Origin: Octopus sinensis
Lineage: Eukaryota
Reading direction: 5' to 3'
Assembly: GCF_006345805.1 (NCBI RefSeq)
Contig: NW_021832224.1
Location: 186,001-250,000, forward strand
Length of the DNA stretch: 64,000 bases
The notes under the pieces are model-generated. The model worked only from the letters and a program-made list of their open reading frames with translations, had not been told where the DNA came from and did no database searches. The position numbers and the translations under genes were made by a program. Below, piece after piece: positions 10,371 through 23,962 of the stretch (position 1 is the stretch's first letter; every line of letters begins with the position of its first letter).

Positions 10371-13300
10371 TTAGTATGGCTCTTCAGAGTTAAACGGAAC
10401 GAGAATAGTACTGACAATTTACTTATACAAACATACTGAATAAACAAATCTGAACAAAACACACACTCTGGGTCATCTGTGGTGGACGAATGAGAATACC
10501 AACTCATCTCAACTCCACTGTCGTTAATCTGTGTTATCAGTTTGTCATGTTCCTTGATTAGACAATCCTGATGGAACAAATGAGTGCACGGAAAGACATA
10601 AAACGGCTTTTCAACAGCAACAAGTCGACATAGGTCACACCGGTCGTCAGGATTCACAACAATCCGCCTAATATATATTCCGGCGACATACTTTTTGAGT
10701 GTTTCGTCACAACAATTCTTCAACGACTCGGCCATTTTGTCAATATCCGCAATTTCTTGATGTAAATTTGCAATATTTTTATTGTAGTTTTTTAAACACG
10801 AAACAATGGAATCCTGTCACATAAATATGAACTGATGCCTTGAATGTATCCACAAGACAGTCTCCGGGTATCAAAGGCAATATTTGGTCAAATTCCATTT
10901 CACCGTCGTTAATCAGTTTAATCAAAACCGGAATAACATCTGCAACTCCGGGATTTTTAATTATCCATTCAATTATTCTTTTAAAATGTCTTTTTTGTTC
11001 TTCTGGAGTACTCAGACTATAAATATCTCTGATTGACCTACCGAGCTATTTCCATGGCCTTGTCCACTTTTTTGGCCTCCAATGCCATAATTACCGCGTT
11101 CTGGTACATTCCCTGGATCTCATATAAATATGAGGCCGCCTCGTAGTGGCGGGAACGACTACAAATAAAAACCGCCTGACGAATATTATAAGGCGGATGT
11201 CCGTCATCTCCCACTTTCTGAGCCTTCAAATAATCGAGAAGTGAATCTCGGTCATGTTCCAACAACAAAGCCACAAAATAATCATGCACTGCACGATCGA
11301 CACACTCAAAATGCCTAATTACTGTTTCAAGGTATAAAATGGCTTGTTTCCCCTACAAATGACCTCACTACTCCCACCAGCACAGAACTTGCAATTGCAT
11401 TCGCGGAAATAAAAGCAGGGACCAACCGAGGAATCAAATCCAAAGCACTCTCCCTCTCTTGCTTTCTCAAATACTCGATTACCCCCAAAACAAACATCTC
11501 CGACACATTCTGGACAAGAATAGGTGCCACCTTGACTAATAAATCAGGATCTAAATCCTGACATAATCAGACCACACAACCCCATGATCTATAATTCTGA
11601 CAGCATTGACATAATCCCGTTGTTGCAAATGCAGATTTATCAACTCCTCGTAATCTTGGTGGTAATAACCGAATTTATCACCTTTGAGGATTGTCGAGAG
11701 GAATACCAACACTTCTACTTCTCCATGACTCTTAATCAGTTCAAAAAGTGCTCCTTTCATCCTCAAAAGATTTTTTTGATCACACGAGTCAATAAATGTC
11801 TTCAATTCCTCAAAAATCGGTTCAAACTCGCCTTGTTTTTCATACCGTGAATTTGCCATGAGGTTCAAATACACTTCCAAAATCCACGGCAGAATTACAC
11901 ACGTTCTAAGCGAGTCCTAAAAGTAGCCCGTATTAATTAAACTCGTTGACTCAACGTGGAATGACAACCCACCAAAAATATTTTAAGGGCCTTCAAATCC
12001 CCACATTCCACAAATCTAAGTGCCATTGCCTCAAAGTGGCTTGTAAAATGGGCAAAGATTTTGACGGATTTTATAAACTCTTCTTTATTGGTGGTAAACA
12101 TGTGTTCTGCGTAAATATCCAGAATCATGTCATATTTTTCAGGATCGTCTCGCACATAGTCCAAGGCACGCTGAAATTGGCAAGTATCGACCAAAATATC
12201 GAGTACTTTTCTAAATGTATAAATTCGTAAAAAAATAATGTTTTAAACTCTAAAATACCGTTCTTCGTTAATATAACGGAATCGGAACACTTTTCGGTCA
12301 CTTGCAAGCCACAGAGAATTCTGTAAACTCACAATTTTGAGATAAGGTCCCATTTCTGGTGCCAATTCGTGGCTATAGACTGTCTGACTGTTATAAATAC
12401 AGACAAGTTCAATCCTTAAGGTGAATGCCACTACTCACCTTGTGGGGGACAACACCACGACATTGTGTCTGGTGAGAGCGAGGGAGATAATCTGGTTGGC
12501 GTAGTCTATGGACATCACATGGGTCATTTGGAGGGGCTCGATTTCAAAATAATGAATTAAATTTGCTTTTTTGAGTAAATGAGACAAACGTGAGGCCAAA
12601 ACGAGGGAGGAAGGGTAGTTGGCCTCAGGAGGAGTATAGGTTGCCCACACTTCATAAAAAGTTGTCAAATCCTGCTGTATTCGTACTTCCATTGCTATAT
12701 TATTTAATTTAATATATATATTACTATTATTTTGTTCAAATAAAATTGAAAATAATTTATCTTGTGAGGCAGCGAATGTTGCACTACTGAAGCAAACTGA
12801 ACTACAACAAATACTACAAAAAATACTAATTTGAAGCAAAAATAACAAGTACTGATAATTCATCCATTCCAGACTTCCTGATAATCGGAAGGACCATAAA
12901 ACAGTTGCTAATCTCTGGCATATTCCCGACTTGTGAGATCCTCCCTTTGGAAAAGTCCTGAGTACTCACTTCAAACTCAAAAATCGTTCCTTTCCTTAAA
13001 AAAACACAAAAAACCGGTCTTGGATGTGATCAGAACTTTCTCCGGGCTGTCCTGATTGCAAAAAACAGACCAAAAAATCCCCGAAATCCGTGCCCCTTTT
13101 GGGAGAGTCACTTCTCTAATTTTTCCATTTAAAAGACAAAAAAGTGAATAATTGTGGCCGTAGAAAAAGCAGATTGGCTTGGTGTTGTGCAAAGAAATGG
13201 AAAAATTGTTGGGGTCTTTCCAAAGTTTTTTTTCTTTAAAAATATGTGATTATTTCTTGCCAGTTGGTTCGTTTTTTTCTACGAGATCTGCAATCAGGGC

Positions 13301-13439
13301 ACATCCTTCTTTGGTGAGGACTGTTAGAATGGCGGCGTTTACTCCTAGGTCACATATAGAGCCAGGAGGCCTAAAATTATAGTCATTTTATTAACTCAAA
13401 ATCTATTATTCGTCCTTTGAGGAAGGGTTCACCAGACAT
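10371..13439 (-). CDS. VPS18: Vacuolar protein sorting 18 (HOPS/CORVET), multi-exon, including GC-AG introns 13234-13260 and 10814-10838
   Basis: C-terminal RING-H2 CDLC..FYVFPCTHLFHQDCL..ECVFC; helical-repeat motifs HFEAMALRF and VHDYFVALL. Confidence 0.85.
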
Positions 13440-13564
13440 TAAAGTGCCCACAATAAATTATAATTAAGTTTATTTTATATAAATTATTTAATTTTAATTA
13501 AAAAATAAAAATATTTGAACTAACAAAAATAATACAAAATGTGTAGAAATTCCCCTGACATAAA

Positions 13565-15040
13565 TCAAACCTTTACGCCTTCTGATCTCAAAAGTTTTTT
13601 CATGTTATTTAACTGTCGAGAAAATTCCACATTCTTCCCAAATTCCCAATATTTTGGAATAAAAACAGTCCAACCCAAACTCTTTAGTTGCCGCAAAGTT
13701 CTTTCTGAGCTCCCCAACAGCACATTTCGATTAATATAATAATATTCAGGACCAAATATTACTACAATATTTCTACCAACGTTGAATCCCTCCGTTCCGT
13801 GATCAACCACATAACCATTGCTCGACGTATAAAACTCAAAACAGTCAATTTCAAAAACCGGACATTTCAGAGAAACTTTTTTGTAGATTAAAATTCTTTT
13901 TATTACATTTTCTATTCCAAAATGAATTTCATTGAAACTTTCGCTCGGAAAATAGAATTTTTCAATCTCAGAAGTTTCCCGTCGATCAAGACGACCGTTA
14001 AAAAGTATTTTGCGGTATTTTTGATTATTTTTTAAATCTTTTTTTTCATATTTTTGCCAAATTGTGCCCTCAAATACTTTTGAATACACGTGATAGTATG
14101 ATAGTCCGTTTACCAATGCCAAAATATATTTTAAATTATTTGTTGATATTTTTTGTGTATTTTTCAAATATAAATGCAACTGGAAATATATTTGAAGCAT
14201 TAATTTGTAATTTTTATGCCCAAGTTTTGACATTCGTTCAAAAATGAAAGCCGCTGATTCCAAATCGACGTTTAAAAGATAAATCGTCAATTTTGAGAAC
14301 AAAAAATCGTCATAAACACGCAAACGAAATGACACTGCTGACAAACAATTTAAAATTTTAGATTCAAGAAATATTCGACTGGAACCAGAAAATGACTTGA
14401 GGACCTCAAACCACCGCGAAAACCGAAATGAAATGGAATTTTCAGAAATAAAATCAAAATGGTCAAAACGTCCGTGAATTGCCAATAAATTACAAATTGT
14501 ACTCATTTTTTGTATGTTATAACTCTGAAAATTACTTACTAAGTCATTGGAGAGCCAAATTGGAATAAAAACGTTACATTTTGAACAAATTGTGGCAAAA
14601 TTTAGACGATTTTCAAGACTTTGTGAAAGAACGTGTTTCGAAACCAGCGGAATAATTTTATAATAAATGGAATACGGCAAATAACGGGATTGAGACCCGA
14701 GTGATATCAAACGAAGAATACTTTCCACAGAAATGTCCTTAAAGTCGTCAATCCGGGACTCGCTTGTAGCCACGAGGTGAATCATTAGCATGTCAATCAG
14801 GGGTTTTGAGGGACCGTTTTTTGAGTTAAGAATGAGATATAAAGAATTGATTGAGTCTTCAAGGGGAGTTATTGTCAGGAGAGCGGCCAAGTCCATAGGA
14901 GTGGCTGAAGAAGGGCAAAAATTTTCAAAAATTTTATTTAGTTGAGGAAGGGAAGATTTTGTGGATATGCTAATTCTGTGAATTAGTGGGGATTTGATAA
15001 AATGATATTTTTTTAATATTCGAAAATGATTTATCCTCAT
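13565..15040 (-). CDS. Intronless FASTK-family (RAP-domain) mitochondrial RNA-binding protein, 491 aa
   Basis: C-terminal RAP-like GPEYY..LLGSSERTLRQLKSLGWTVFIPKYWEF; basic presequence-like N-terminus. Confidence 0.72.
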   Translation of the reverse strand: MRINHFRILKKYHFIKSPLIHRISISTKSSLPQLNKIFENFCPSSATPMDLAALLTITPLEDSINSLYLILNSKNGPSKPLIDMLMIHLVATSESRIDDFKDISVESILRLISLGSQSRYLPYSIYYKIIPLVSKHVLSQSLENRLNFATICSKCNVFIPIWLSNDLVSNFQSYNIQKMSTICNLLAIHGRFDHFDFISENSISFRFSRWFEVLKSFSGSSRIFLESKILNCLSAVSFRLRVYDDFLFSKLTIYLLNVDLESAAFIFERMSKLGHKNYKLMLQIYFQLHLYLKNTQKISTNNLKYILALVNGLSYYHVYSKVFEGTIWQKYEKKDLKNNQKYRKILFNGRLDRRETSEIEKFYFPSESFNEIHFGIENVIKRILIYKKVSLKCPVFEIDCFEFYTSSNGYVVDHGTEGFNVGRNIVVIFGPEYYYINRNVLLGSSERTLRQLKSLGWTVFIPKYWEFGKNVEFSRQLNNMKKLLRSEGVKV

Positions 15041-15365
15041 AGAAGAGTTTTCGTCACCAAGATTGATAATTTTTAAAAATTAATTTATATTTTTTTAATA
15101 TTTGGTTTCAAAATAAATATAATAAAATATATTCTTCTTTTGGTTAGTCTTTTATATTTTTATTAAAATTGTTCCAATAAAACATGTTTTTTCTAACATT
15201 AATTCAGCATACATGCATAAAATAACCATTTCTCAAGAAATATTTGTCTTTTATTTCAAACATTTTAGAATTATTATTTCTCTATTATATGTCATATAAA
15301 TATTTTAATTTCTGTGTTTTTAAATAAATTTTTTACACGAGCTGTTGTAAGTGGGGTCAAATTTA

Positions 15366-16703
15366 ATGGACACTAACACTAACCAAGTTTGCATCGGATG
15401 TGGTTCCCCGGCCAATTTCCGCTGCCCTACTTGTAACAAACAAGGAATAAATAATTCATATTTCTGCAATCAAGTTTCCCACAAACATATAACCACAGAA
15501 TTGCTTTAAATCTAACTGGAATTCTCACAAATCAGTTCATAAACTCAACAAAGTCAATCCACCTAACGAAATATGGCCAAATTACGAATACACAGGATCT
15601 CTAAGACCATTCCAACAAGTCCCTTCTTTATCAAACCATAGACTCCACGCAGATCAGTAAAGGACTCAATACCCCGTCCTGATTACGCCGATGATATCAG
15701 AGGGATATCCAAAGGAGAGATGGAAGCTCCAAATTCAATCCAAATTCTAAGTCCAGAGGATATTGAGCAAATGAGAGTAGCCTGTAAAGTCAGTTTTCCA
15801 TCCTCAGTGACATAGTTAGGTCGACAAGTTTTGAACGAGGCACTTTCGGCTGTCAAAATTGGGGTAACCACCGACGAAATTGACAGAATTGTGCACGAGG
15901 TATTTTAGTGATTTATTTCAGGCCACAATCGACCGTGATTGCTACCCGTCTCCGTTAAATTACCGTGGTTTTCCAAAATCGACTTGCACGTAGTAATTTG
16001 GGTGTAATGAAAGATCCGTGAATGAAGTGATCTGTCACGGAATCCCCGATTTGCGGCCATTGGCTGACGGAGACATCGTAAATGGTAATTCCGTGGTCAA
16101 AACTCAGTCGATGTCACGGTTTTCCACCGAGGATTTCACGCGGATTTGAACGAGACTGTTTTTGTAGGAAATGTGAGTGAAATAGGCAGAAAACTCGTCC
16201 AGAATGCACACGAATGTCTGTCTAAAGCAATCCAATTTGGTTTGACGGATTTGTCATTTCAGTCCGGCCGGGAAACCGTTATCGGGATATTGGGAATATT
16301 ATTCAACAGCATGCTCGATCTGCTGGGTTTTCGGTGGTCCGGACATATACAGGACATGGGATTCACCGGTTGGGATTGTGTGATATTTTAGTTTGTTTCA
16401 TACCCTTCCAAACGTGCCTCACTATTCGAGTATTTTTACATTTTATAGGCAGATAATAAGGCGGTGGGGGTGATGCGTCCAGGACATGTTTTTACTATTG
16501 AACCAATGATTAATCAAGGTGAGAAGAAGTGGGTTATTTGAGGGGTTTGGCAGGATAAGACTTGGCCTGATAAATGGACTTCGGTGACTGCAGATGGCAA
16601 GCTTTCAGCCCAGTTTGAAGAAACTCTCCTCGTCACTGAGACGGGATGCGACGTTCTGACTGCTAGTGCTACTGGCCTTCCATTTTTTCATAATTCTCTT
16701 TGA
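15366..16703 (+). CDS. METAP1: Methionine aminopeptidase 1, 11 exons with 10 introns of 22-27 nt
   Basis: N-terminal Zn finger CIGC..CPTC..FCNQNCFK; [50 protein letters not shown]. Confidence 0.96.
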
Positions 16704-16770
16704 TTTTTAAATAATTTTTCACAATTTAAAGAATTTTGTAGAGTAATAGTTGCTATAGGAATAGTAGAGA

Positions 16771-17379
16771 ATGTCTGAGTTGCACATTCTTGGACAAATA
16801 CATAGTGCGGTTGATTTTGGAAAGAAAAACATTTCGTGCAAATGGGGGTTAAAATATGGTAGAAATGTATTATATTGGTAGGTCAGGACTGGAAATTGCT
16901 TGAGGGGATAACTGAAGGGCACACTCAGAGTGATGCCCCAGTCATTCACGAGTCAGCCTCCTATCTCTGTCATCCAATAGACATACATTTGGGGTTAAAG
17001 GGTCTCCAGGGTTATTATTTTGTGGTATAAATATGAAGGCTGGCCTTGTATTAATTTTCAAGTCTGGAATTTTGGAGCTTTTGGAAATTATGAGTTTTTG
17101 GGGTACGGCACATGCCACATACCAACGAGTCCTGGAATGCATAAAATAAAATGCCACATATGGCAGCCCTCTGGGGGTAGTCTACGAGAACGAGTGATTA
17201 TTTATATTCAATCTTAGCTCATTCAGAGATTCCTGGGTGGCTGCATTGAGCTACGAGACCCCTCTCTGGCTCACAGTGTGACTGCTAGGCAGAATATTAG
17301 AGCAGTCTCAATGGGGACTATTCAGCTTGACCTTATGTTGGTCTTTAGAAATTTCCAACGTTATGGAATAGAATATTAA
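16771..17379 (+). CDS. B9D2: B9 domain-containing protein 2 (ciliary transition zone), 4 exons
   Basis: MSELHILGQI..CKWG, HPIDIHLGLKGLQGWP, GYGTCHIPTSPGMH, C-terminal RNFQRYGIEY*. Confidence 0.92.
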
Positions 17380-17480
17380 CTTATTTTAATTAAAAAAAAG
17401 TTTTTTATCATTAAATTTGATAGTCTAATTAAATTTTATAAAATTGATTTATAAAACGGCGCTTAAACCGATAGGTTCAT

Positions 17481-20400
17481 ATGGAGCGATGTGGTGACGT
17501 TGATGAATTAAAAAATGAATCAGAAAATAATCAAAATTTAAAGTAAAAGAACAAAATCTAAATACAATGAAACTTAGATTTACAAATACTCGAATAAAGG
17601 ATTCCAATTTCACTCTCTGTGAGTCCGACAGGGCAGAAATACTGACTACAGTCAAAAAAGGTAATAATCATCCCTAATTACAGCCAAATCGGACGATGTG
17701 GACAATCTCTGCACAATTATTATAAAGAGACTTCGAAATAATCACTTTATCGGGTCAAATGTCAAACTTTCTGCCAATAAATCAAATAAAATGTTCACAA
17801 ATTAACCAAACGTTGTAGAATCGGGACTGTCACTCGAAAAATCGACGAAAAAAACGGAGTAGGCTACCATTTTTGGTATATTCCTAGAGACAGACCTATG
17901 ATTTGCAAATTATGAACAAAATTGTCCAAAATGTCCCTCCTTCTGCTATCAAGTAGTGATTTTGGTCAGATTGTGCTTAGAAGAGCCTCTGCGCTTCCCG
18001 AAATTGGGGAAATTCGTAATTTTATACTTTATTGTGGTCATTATGACGAGGAATTGGGATATTGGGTTTTAAATAATCCAGAAATTGCCAATTCTAATCA
18101 AGAAAAGGATTCTTTGTCTCAAAATGTTACAATTGAACAAAATATGGATTTTATTTTGTCAAATGACGATACTTTGGGTGTAACCAACATCAACACTAAA
18201 AAACGAAAAAGTATATTATTAATATAATAAAATAAATTATCAAAATATATAATTATTTAAATATATTAATCATTTTTTAGATCCTAGTAAGTCTCCAGAT
18301 TTAGAATCAAATGAGACATGTCAGGTACCCAAAGCAAAGAGGAGGTCCACTACAAAGGCCTGTGAAATAAAAAATGAAATATCCAAATTATTTAGCCAAA
18401 AGTCGCCCATCCACAAATCTTCTCCTGCAAAATGTGGCCAGTTTTTGACTGCTTCTGTAAAATCTGGCTGATCTATGTTTAGAAGACTGATAAAAGCACC
18501 ACAAAACGGAATTCGTTGAAATCAACTGATTTTATGGTGATAGAGCTACCTCAGGAATTGGAAGATGTCGGATTTGGACGAATTGTACTTATCGTCCAGT
18601 TTTTGTCCATTTTTCACGATTTTTTAAAACTCGGAAAAGATGAAATTGTCCATTTGGGTTATTTATATTGTTATATGTAAGATCAACTCATTTCTGCTCT
18701 AATTAGTGATGATTATATCAGCGGGGAGCTTTTACTGCGCGTTGTGAGTGTTTTGTTGGATAGAATATTCCAAAATGAAGTATTTGTGTGTTTTCTGATA
18801 TTTGTAGATATATCGAGATATTGGGTTTCCGTTAAATCATATTTCCGTCAACAAAAACACGTTTTCTGAATTGGTCAGAAAGACAATTTTTATTGGAATG
18901 AGACTTGATAATATTTTTCCTTTCAGTTCTGACAATATATCGTCAATTGATGTATATTTCTACTATAATATTCAGATTATTCAAAGTTTGCAATCTTGTG
19001 AGTTTTTTGAACTCAAATCGACGCTAAAATTACAAATATTGGAAATTCTTGTCGATTTGGTTATCCAATCTGACTCATTTCGGGAACATATAGAGGATGA
19101 TAGCCTCAGTTCTCACACAATTCTAGAAGAGGATAGTTTATTGAGATTGAATCCATTGGGGGAGGATGAGTCGAATGAGAGATATTGGATGTTCAGATGG
19201 GTCAATGGAGGGTTATACATTGAGAAGAATTGGCATTCCTGGCACTATTCTCCTACAATGGATTGGTTAATCACACATGTCTGATTTGGGAGGTATCGGA
19301 CTGAGGATGATGTGGTTGGAGACAAATGGGTGTTTTGTAACGATATTGGAATTTTGGATGATTTGATATTGCCTCGGATGGGGTGTTCTCGGGGGGCTAA
19401 ATTGTCGTTGGAGTACAAAAAACAACGTCCTCGTTTGTTAGAGAGCATGGATGGTGACATTCCATACATTGACACAACTGTCTTTCCAGAAACGGACTTT
19501 CAGTCATTTGACTTATTCAGACGAGTAATATTTCCAAACAATGATTAAGGAATTGATGGAAATGGAGTCAAAGTTGAGACTTGGGTGGCTTGGTTCGGTC
19601 CATGATTTGGAGCAGTGGCGTCAAAAATTGTTTTGTTGTTCAGAAATAAGCGGACTAGTACTGAGTGGCATTATTTGTAGGCCGAGTGTTTGATTGATTT
19701 GTTTGAAAGTGTCAATTCTAGATTTATTGAAGGAGTACTTGCCAAATATCCATCTAGAGGTGAGTCTAGTTTAAATCAATCGTTAGATGATAAATTCAGA
19801 GGACAAAAATCACGTTTTCGACGTTGGAAATTTGCAGTTCAAAACTCAAGGACATGTTCCCGCCTTCACGTGCTACTAACAATGATGACTTTGAGTATAA
19901 AATGGAACAAGTCCACCAAAGACAAAGTTTTGTATTTAAATCATATTTTAGTCATGTCGTTCGTGTAGAAAACAAAAAATGGGTAGAAGGCAGTTGATAT
20001 GTCAAACGTGTGATAAAAGTTATCACCCAGCATGTCTCAAGCCACCTCCAACATGTGTCAATTTTGATTTAGTTTGGTATTGTAAGGATTGCAAGGTTGA
20101 TTTGGCACATTAAATTTTAGACGAATCCGCCTAGTAAGGAAAAGGTGAGTTTTTTGTGTTGAAGTGGCAGAATATCAAGAACGTGACTTCTACACAGCCA
20201 CTTTGTTGTATTTGTAATTCTGAAGATGATTTGGTTACGTGTGATCGGTGTCGATTTTCGTATCATTTAGAATGTTTAGATCCTCCAGTTGTGTATTCCC
20301 GGTTGATTTATTGATAATTATGTACATAGAGGAAGTTTTGTCTGCATTTATTGTTACGGAGAAAGTTCGGGAAAGAAAGAAAAATTGAAGAAGAAAATGT

Positions 20401-20755
20401 CAAATTCAGAAATGGTGACGATTTTAAGTTTATAATTAGCGGAAATGCAAGCAGTTATATTCACAGTTGTGTTTCCATCAGTCGTGTTGGCCTTTCTTGA
20501 AACATGAAAATGTATTTTATAATATTAAAGTTTGTAGATTGATATGGGAAATGAGCTGGAATTGGTTGGGAGTCGATTGGAGGATGGGGATATCGAGAGT
20601 TTTGACGAGTTTGTGGAGTCGGTTGATGGGTTTTTTGAGTCAATGTTGTATCAATTCAATGTATATGTTTATTGTATTTCTAGTCTTCTCCTCCGATTTT
20701 GAATTGTGTCAGAAATTTGAGGGAATTTTTTAATGGTTTGGTGAATGAATGCTGA
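17481..20755 (+). CDS. BAZ1/ACF1-WSTF-like chromatin-remodelling subunit (DDT, WHIM, two PHD fingers, degenerate bromodomain), multi-exon
   Basis: DDT-like GRIVLIVQFLSIFHDFL; WHIM KLQILEILVD and PLGEDESNERYWMF; PHD LICQTCDKSYHPACLKPP and VTCDRCRFSYHLECLDPP; bromodomain HQSCWPFL. Confidence 0.8.
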
Positions 20756-21149
20756 AAAATAATTCACATTTTTATAAATTTAAAGTTCACGTCTTTTATT
20801 TAAATTTATTTTGAACGTTTATAACTAGAAAGTGTCATAAACTGGACGTGTATTAAAATTGATAGTAAAAACTTTTGACTTGTAATGATAAACTGAAAAA
20901 TTATTTATTGCGGATGTTTCAACGCACATAATTGATATATTTATGTTGAAATTATTACATAAGACATTGTAATATATGACATGGGCGGATGGGATGGAAT
21001 ATGCCGGTTACATTTTATCTTGAAAAATTTTAATATAACCTTGAGTAATATATTTTAGCAAAAAAATTAGAATTAATTATTTTTCAGTCTTGCCATGGGT
21101 ACCGTACAGACCTTTCTTTTGGCATATTTGATCTATTAAATAAAAAATC

Positions 21150-22750
21150 TTAATTTACTTCGACTCGATTATTTGATAAAATTTTATTTAATTTTAGCAG
21201 CCGGATAGAATGGAGATTCGAATTCATCCAGCCGCAACGAGGGGTTTGTTCCATAGTCTTTTTTAACTTGAACCAATCTATGATTTTTATCCAAACTTTA
21301 TCTTCGACAGTAAATTCGCATTTTCTATTGTGGACATTCATTTTCCTATTCATTGCTTTATAGTAAAGTGAGTTTCCATCATTTAAATTTGAATTTTTTG
21401 GACTTGGACAAATAGAATCCCCTAAATATAATTTCCAAGTCAAAATACTTGAATTTCCATTTGAATCTAAATTTGAACAAATCTCTAAATTTTCAAAATG
21501 ATTTCTAATACTTTCTAAGAACCTAATTTGATAACTATAACCTGCAACAACAGAGTTTATTCCGCTTATTCCTCGATATCCTATGAAAGGACTCTGATTT
21601 GAAATAAATTTACATCCTTGTCATAACAGTACACTGCATTTTCCAAAATTTCCAGCCACTTTTTTTCATCTGTGTCTATCATTTTGGAAAGTTTTCTTGT
21701 GATGGTTCGATTAAAACGTTCTACAATCCCCTGCGTACAGTAATTTTTTAGTCTTTTGATGGACATGCAAATTTTACATACTTCACAATTTCGAATGACT
21801 TTTCTGATTATTTCATTTTTAACAATGAAGTATCTTTGTCGACACTCATACTCAATGTTATTTACTCCTCCGTGTGAATGCTGAAAATAATTCACATTTT
21901 TATAAATTTAAAATTCATTCTCCTGTTCATAGCTTTGTAATAACTTGAATTTTCATCAATTGGGTTGATTTCGAAATTAAATCTCTTCGCAGTTGGAAAC
22001 AAATTGTCTGACTGGGAATAATTTAGATTTAGATTCAAAATCGAATTACATGAATTTTCAATAGATTCTGGAGTCAAACAATTAACAAAATTCTCCATTT
22101 GTTCAGAAGTCACACACTCATCACTTAAATTATCTAAGACATAATGTAATATGTGTATAACCATGGATTATTGATCTTATTCCTTTATTCCTCAATATCG
22201 TTTGAAAAAACTTTAGAGATATGTTATAACTGTACAAAGCATTTTCTAATTTATCAGCCCACTTTTTTCACTGTTTTCCATCATTTTGACAACTTTCTGG
22301 TTATCGTAGAATTATTGGGTTTTCCGTAGATTTTTTCATGTTAAAATAAACGCATAGTTATGTTATTTCTTGATTATTGAATTCAGACCCATTGTCTGAT
22401 TGAAGAAATTTGTATTGTCCATTTAGCCGAAACAAAGATCTTAAGTTTTGACACACTTCTTTACCAGACTAAAATTAAAAAAAAACAACCTACTATAAAT
22501 GTAAAAATTTTAAATTAATGTTGAAAATCTTTTCAGATCTATTATGTCTATTTGAAAACGTTCATTTGGACAAGAAGCGAACGGATGGTGATTTATATCC
22601 CCAATTTACAATTCAAAAAATTCTTGAAGTTTTAATTGATGTGAAAATTTACAAACTTCACAATTTCGAATGACTTTTCTGATAATTTCATTCTTGACAG
22701 TGAAATATCTTTTTCGGAATTCATATTCAATTTTATTTACTCCTCTGTGT
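21150..22750 (-). mobile_element. Two tandem decayed Ginger2/KRBA2-like (rve) integrase copies
   Basis: H2C2 region HGGVNNIEY..IRKVIRNCEVCK present twice; RFQIDIIDL, LQSDNGSEF and QGIVERFNRTI; no RT or LTR seen. Confidence 0.72.
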
Positions 22751-22930
22751 GAAAACTCGTAAATCAGAATTCGCTAGTGGTCGCACCGCGGATAGCAAAC
22801 GATTTTCCTTGCAAGATTGCTATCGATACCCTCTGGTACAGCCAGCTGGTTTCCCGGGAGTCATTTGTTTTTTTCTAATGAGCTTCCCGATCAACCAAAG
22901 AATCCTCAAAAGTTCAAAGCTCCAGAATTT
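22750..22930 (-). mobile_element. CRE-like RLE retroelement 3' fragment
   Basis: NDSRETSWLYQRVSIAILQG, homologous to the 8439-8640 segment. Confidence 0.7.
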
Positions 22931-23962
22931 GTGCACAATATTCAACAAGTATCGCGACAAGATAGCTAAGTATAAGTATATGTTTATTATATGTTTTCAA
23001 AGTTTCAGGTTATTTACTTTAATAACTACATTCGTGATCCACTCAGACCCAGTCTCCTCTTCACCCATCCTCGACCACCAAAAGAAACACAGAAAGTGAC
23101 AGAAAGAAACATAAAAAAGTATTTATGTCTATGATCTTTATCAAAGGAATCGTTCAGTAAATACTTTCTAAGCAATTATTTTAGATCTTTGATTTTACCG
23201 TAGCAGGGAGTTAAATTGATCTAGAAAAGTCCACACAGTTGCTCTAGTAAAAAAAAGTAGACATTCTTGGCCAATAATTACGAGAAAAAAAGAGATCCTA
23301 GGTATATTGCTTTTTGATGTTCGCTACTAATGTCAGATTTTGAACGACATGCTTTCGACAACGTAAAAGCGAATTATTTTAGTGAATTGCACTTGGCACA
23401 TAAGGAGATATCCTAAGTTTATATTTAAATTTTCGCACATTTTGTTCATACAAAAACTGAATACAACTGCACGATATTAAACGACTAAGTGTTTTTTTAT
23501 CTTTAAATGAAAGCTATAGTTTTATATTTCAAAAAAGGCAGCAATTATATCATGAAGGTTATCTACGGAGTGGGGAGATAGTTAGCTTGAAATAAAAATT
23601 ATAAAGATTTTGAATTTTTCGGCTTTTGAAGTTATAACGCCATAACTGAAGAAAACAATAACATGGAATCTCAATTCCCCACCGTATTCAAATTAAGGAC
23701 ACGATTTCGTTAAAGGGCTTGAGTGCTTTTTTGCACTCCAACTGTGTAAAAATGTAGTTATGTAGTAATTTGATTTGTTTGACGTTAATGGTATAGAGTT
23801 GTTTAAAAAATGCATTAAACTCACAGTCAATTTAATATTTAAATACAATATCTACTCTAATCGATTTTTATATTATTATTAAATTCATGATCATCATCAA
23901 AGTAAATACTACTCAAAGGTCAAAGCATGTATTAGGAAAAGAAAGCAAAAAAGAAACAGCCA

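Noticed and set aside
12690-12865. AT-rich block in VPS18 that looked like a foreign insertion
   Set aside because: Resolves into two ordinary micro-introns flanking a short exon with the frame preserved
22465-22495. GT..AG segment in the Ginger-like integrase as a possible TE intron
   Set aside because: Better explained by deletion decay; splicing does not restore the missing catalytic-core segment
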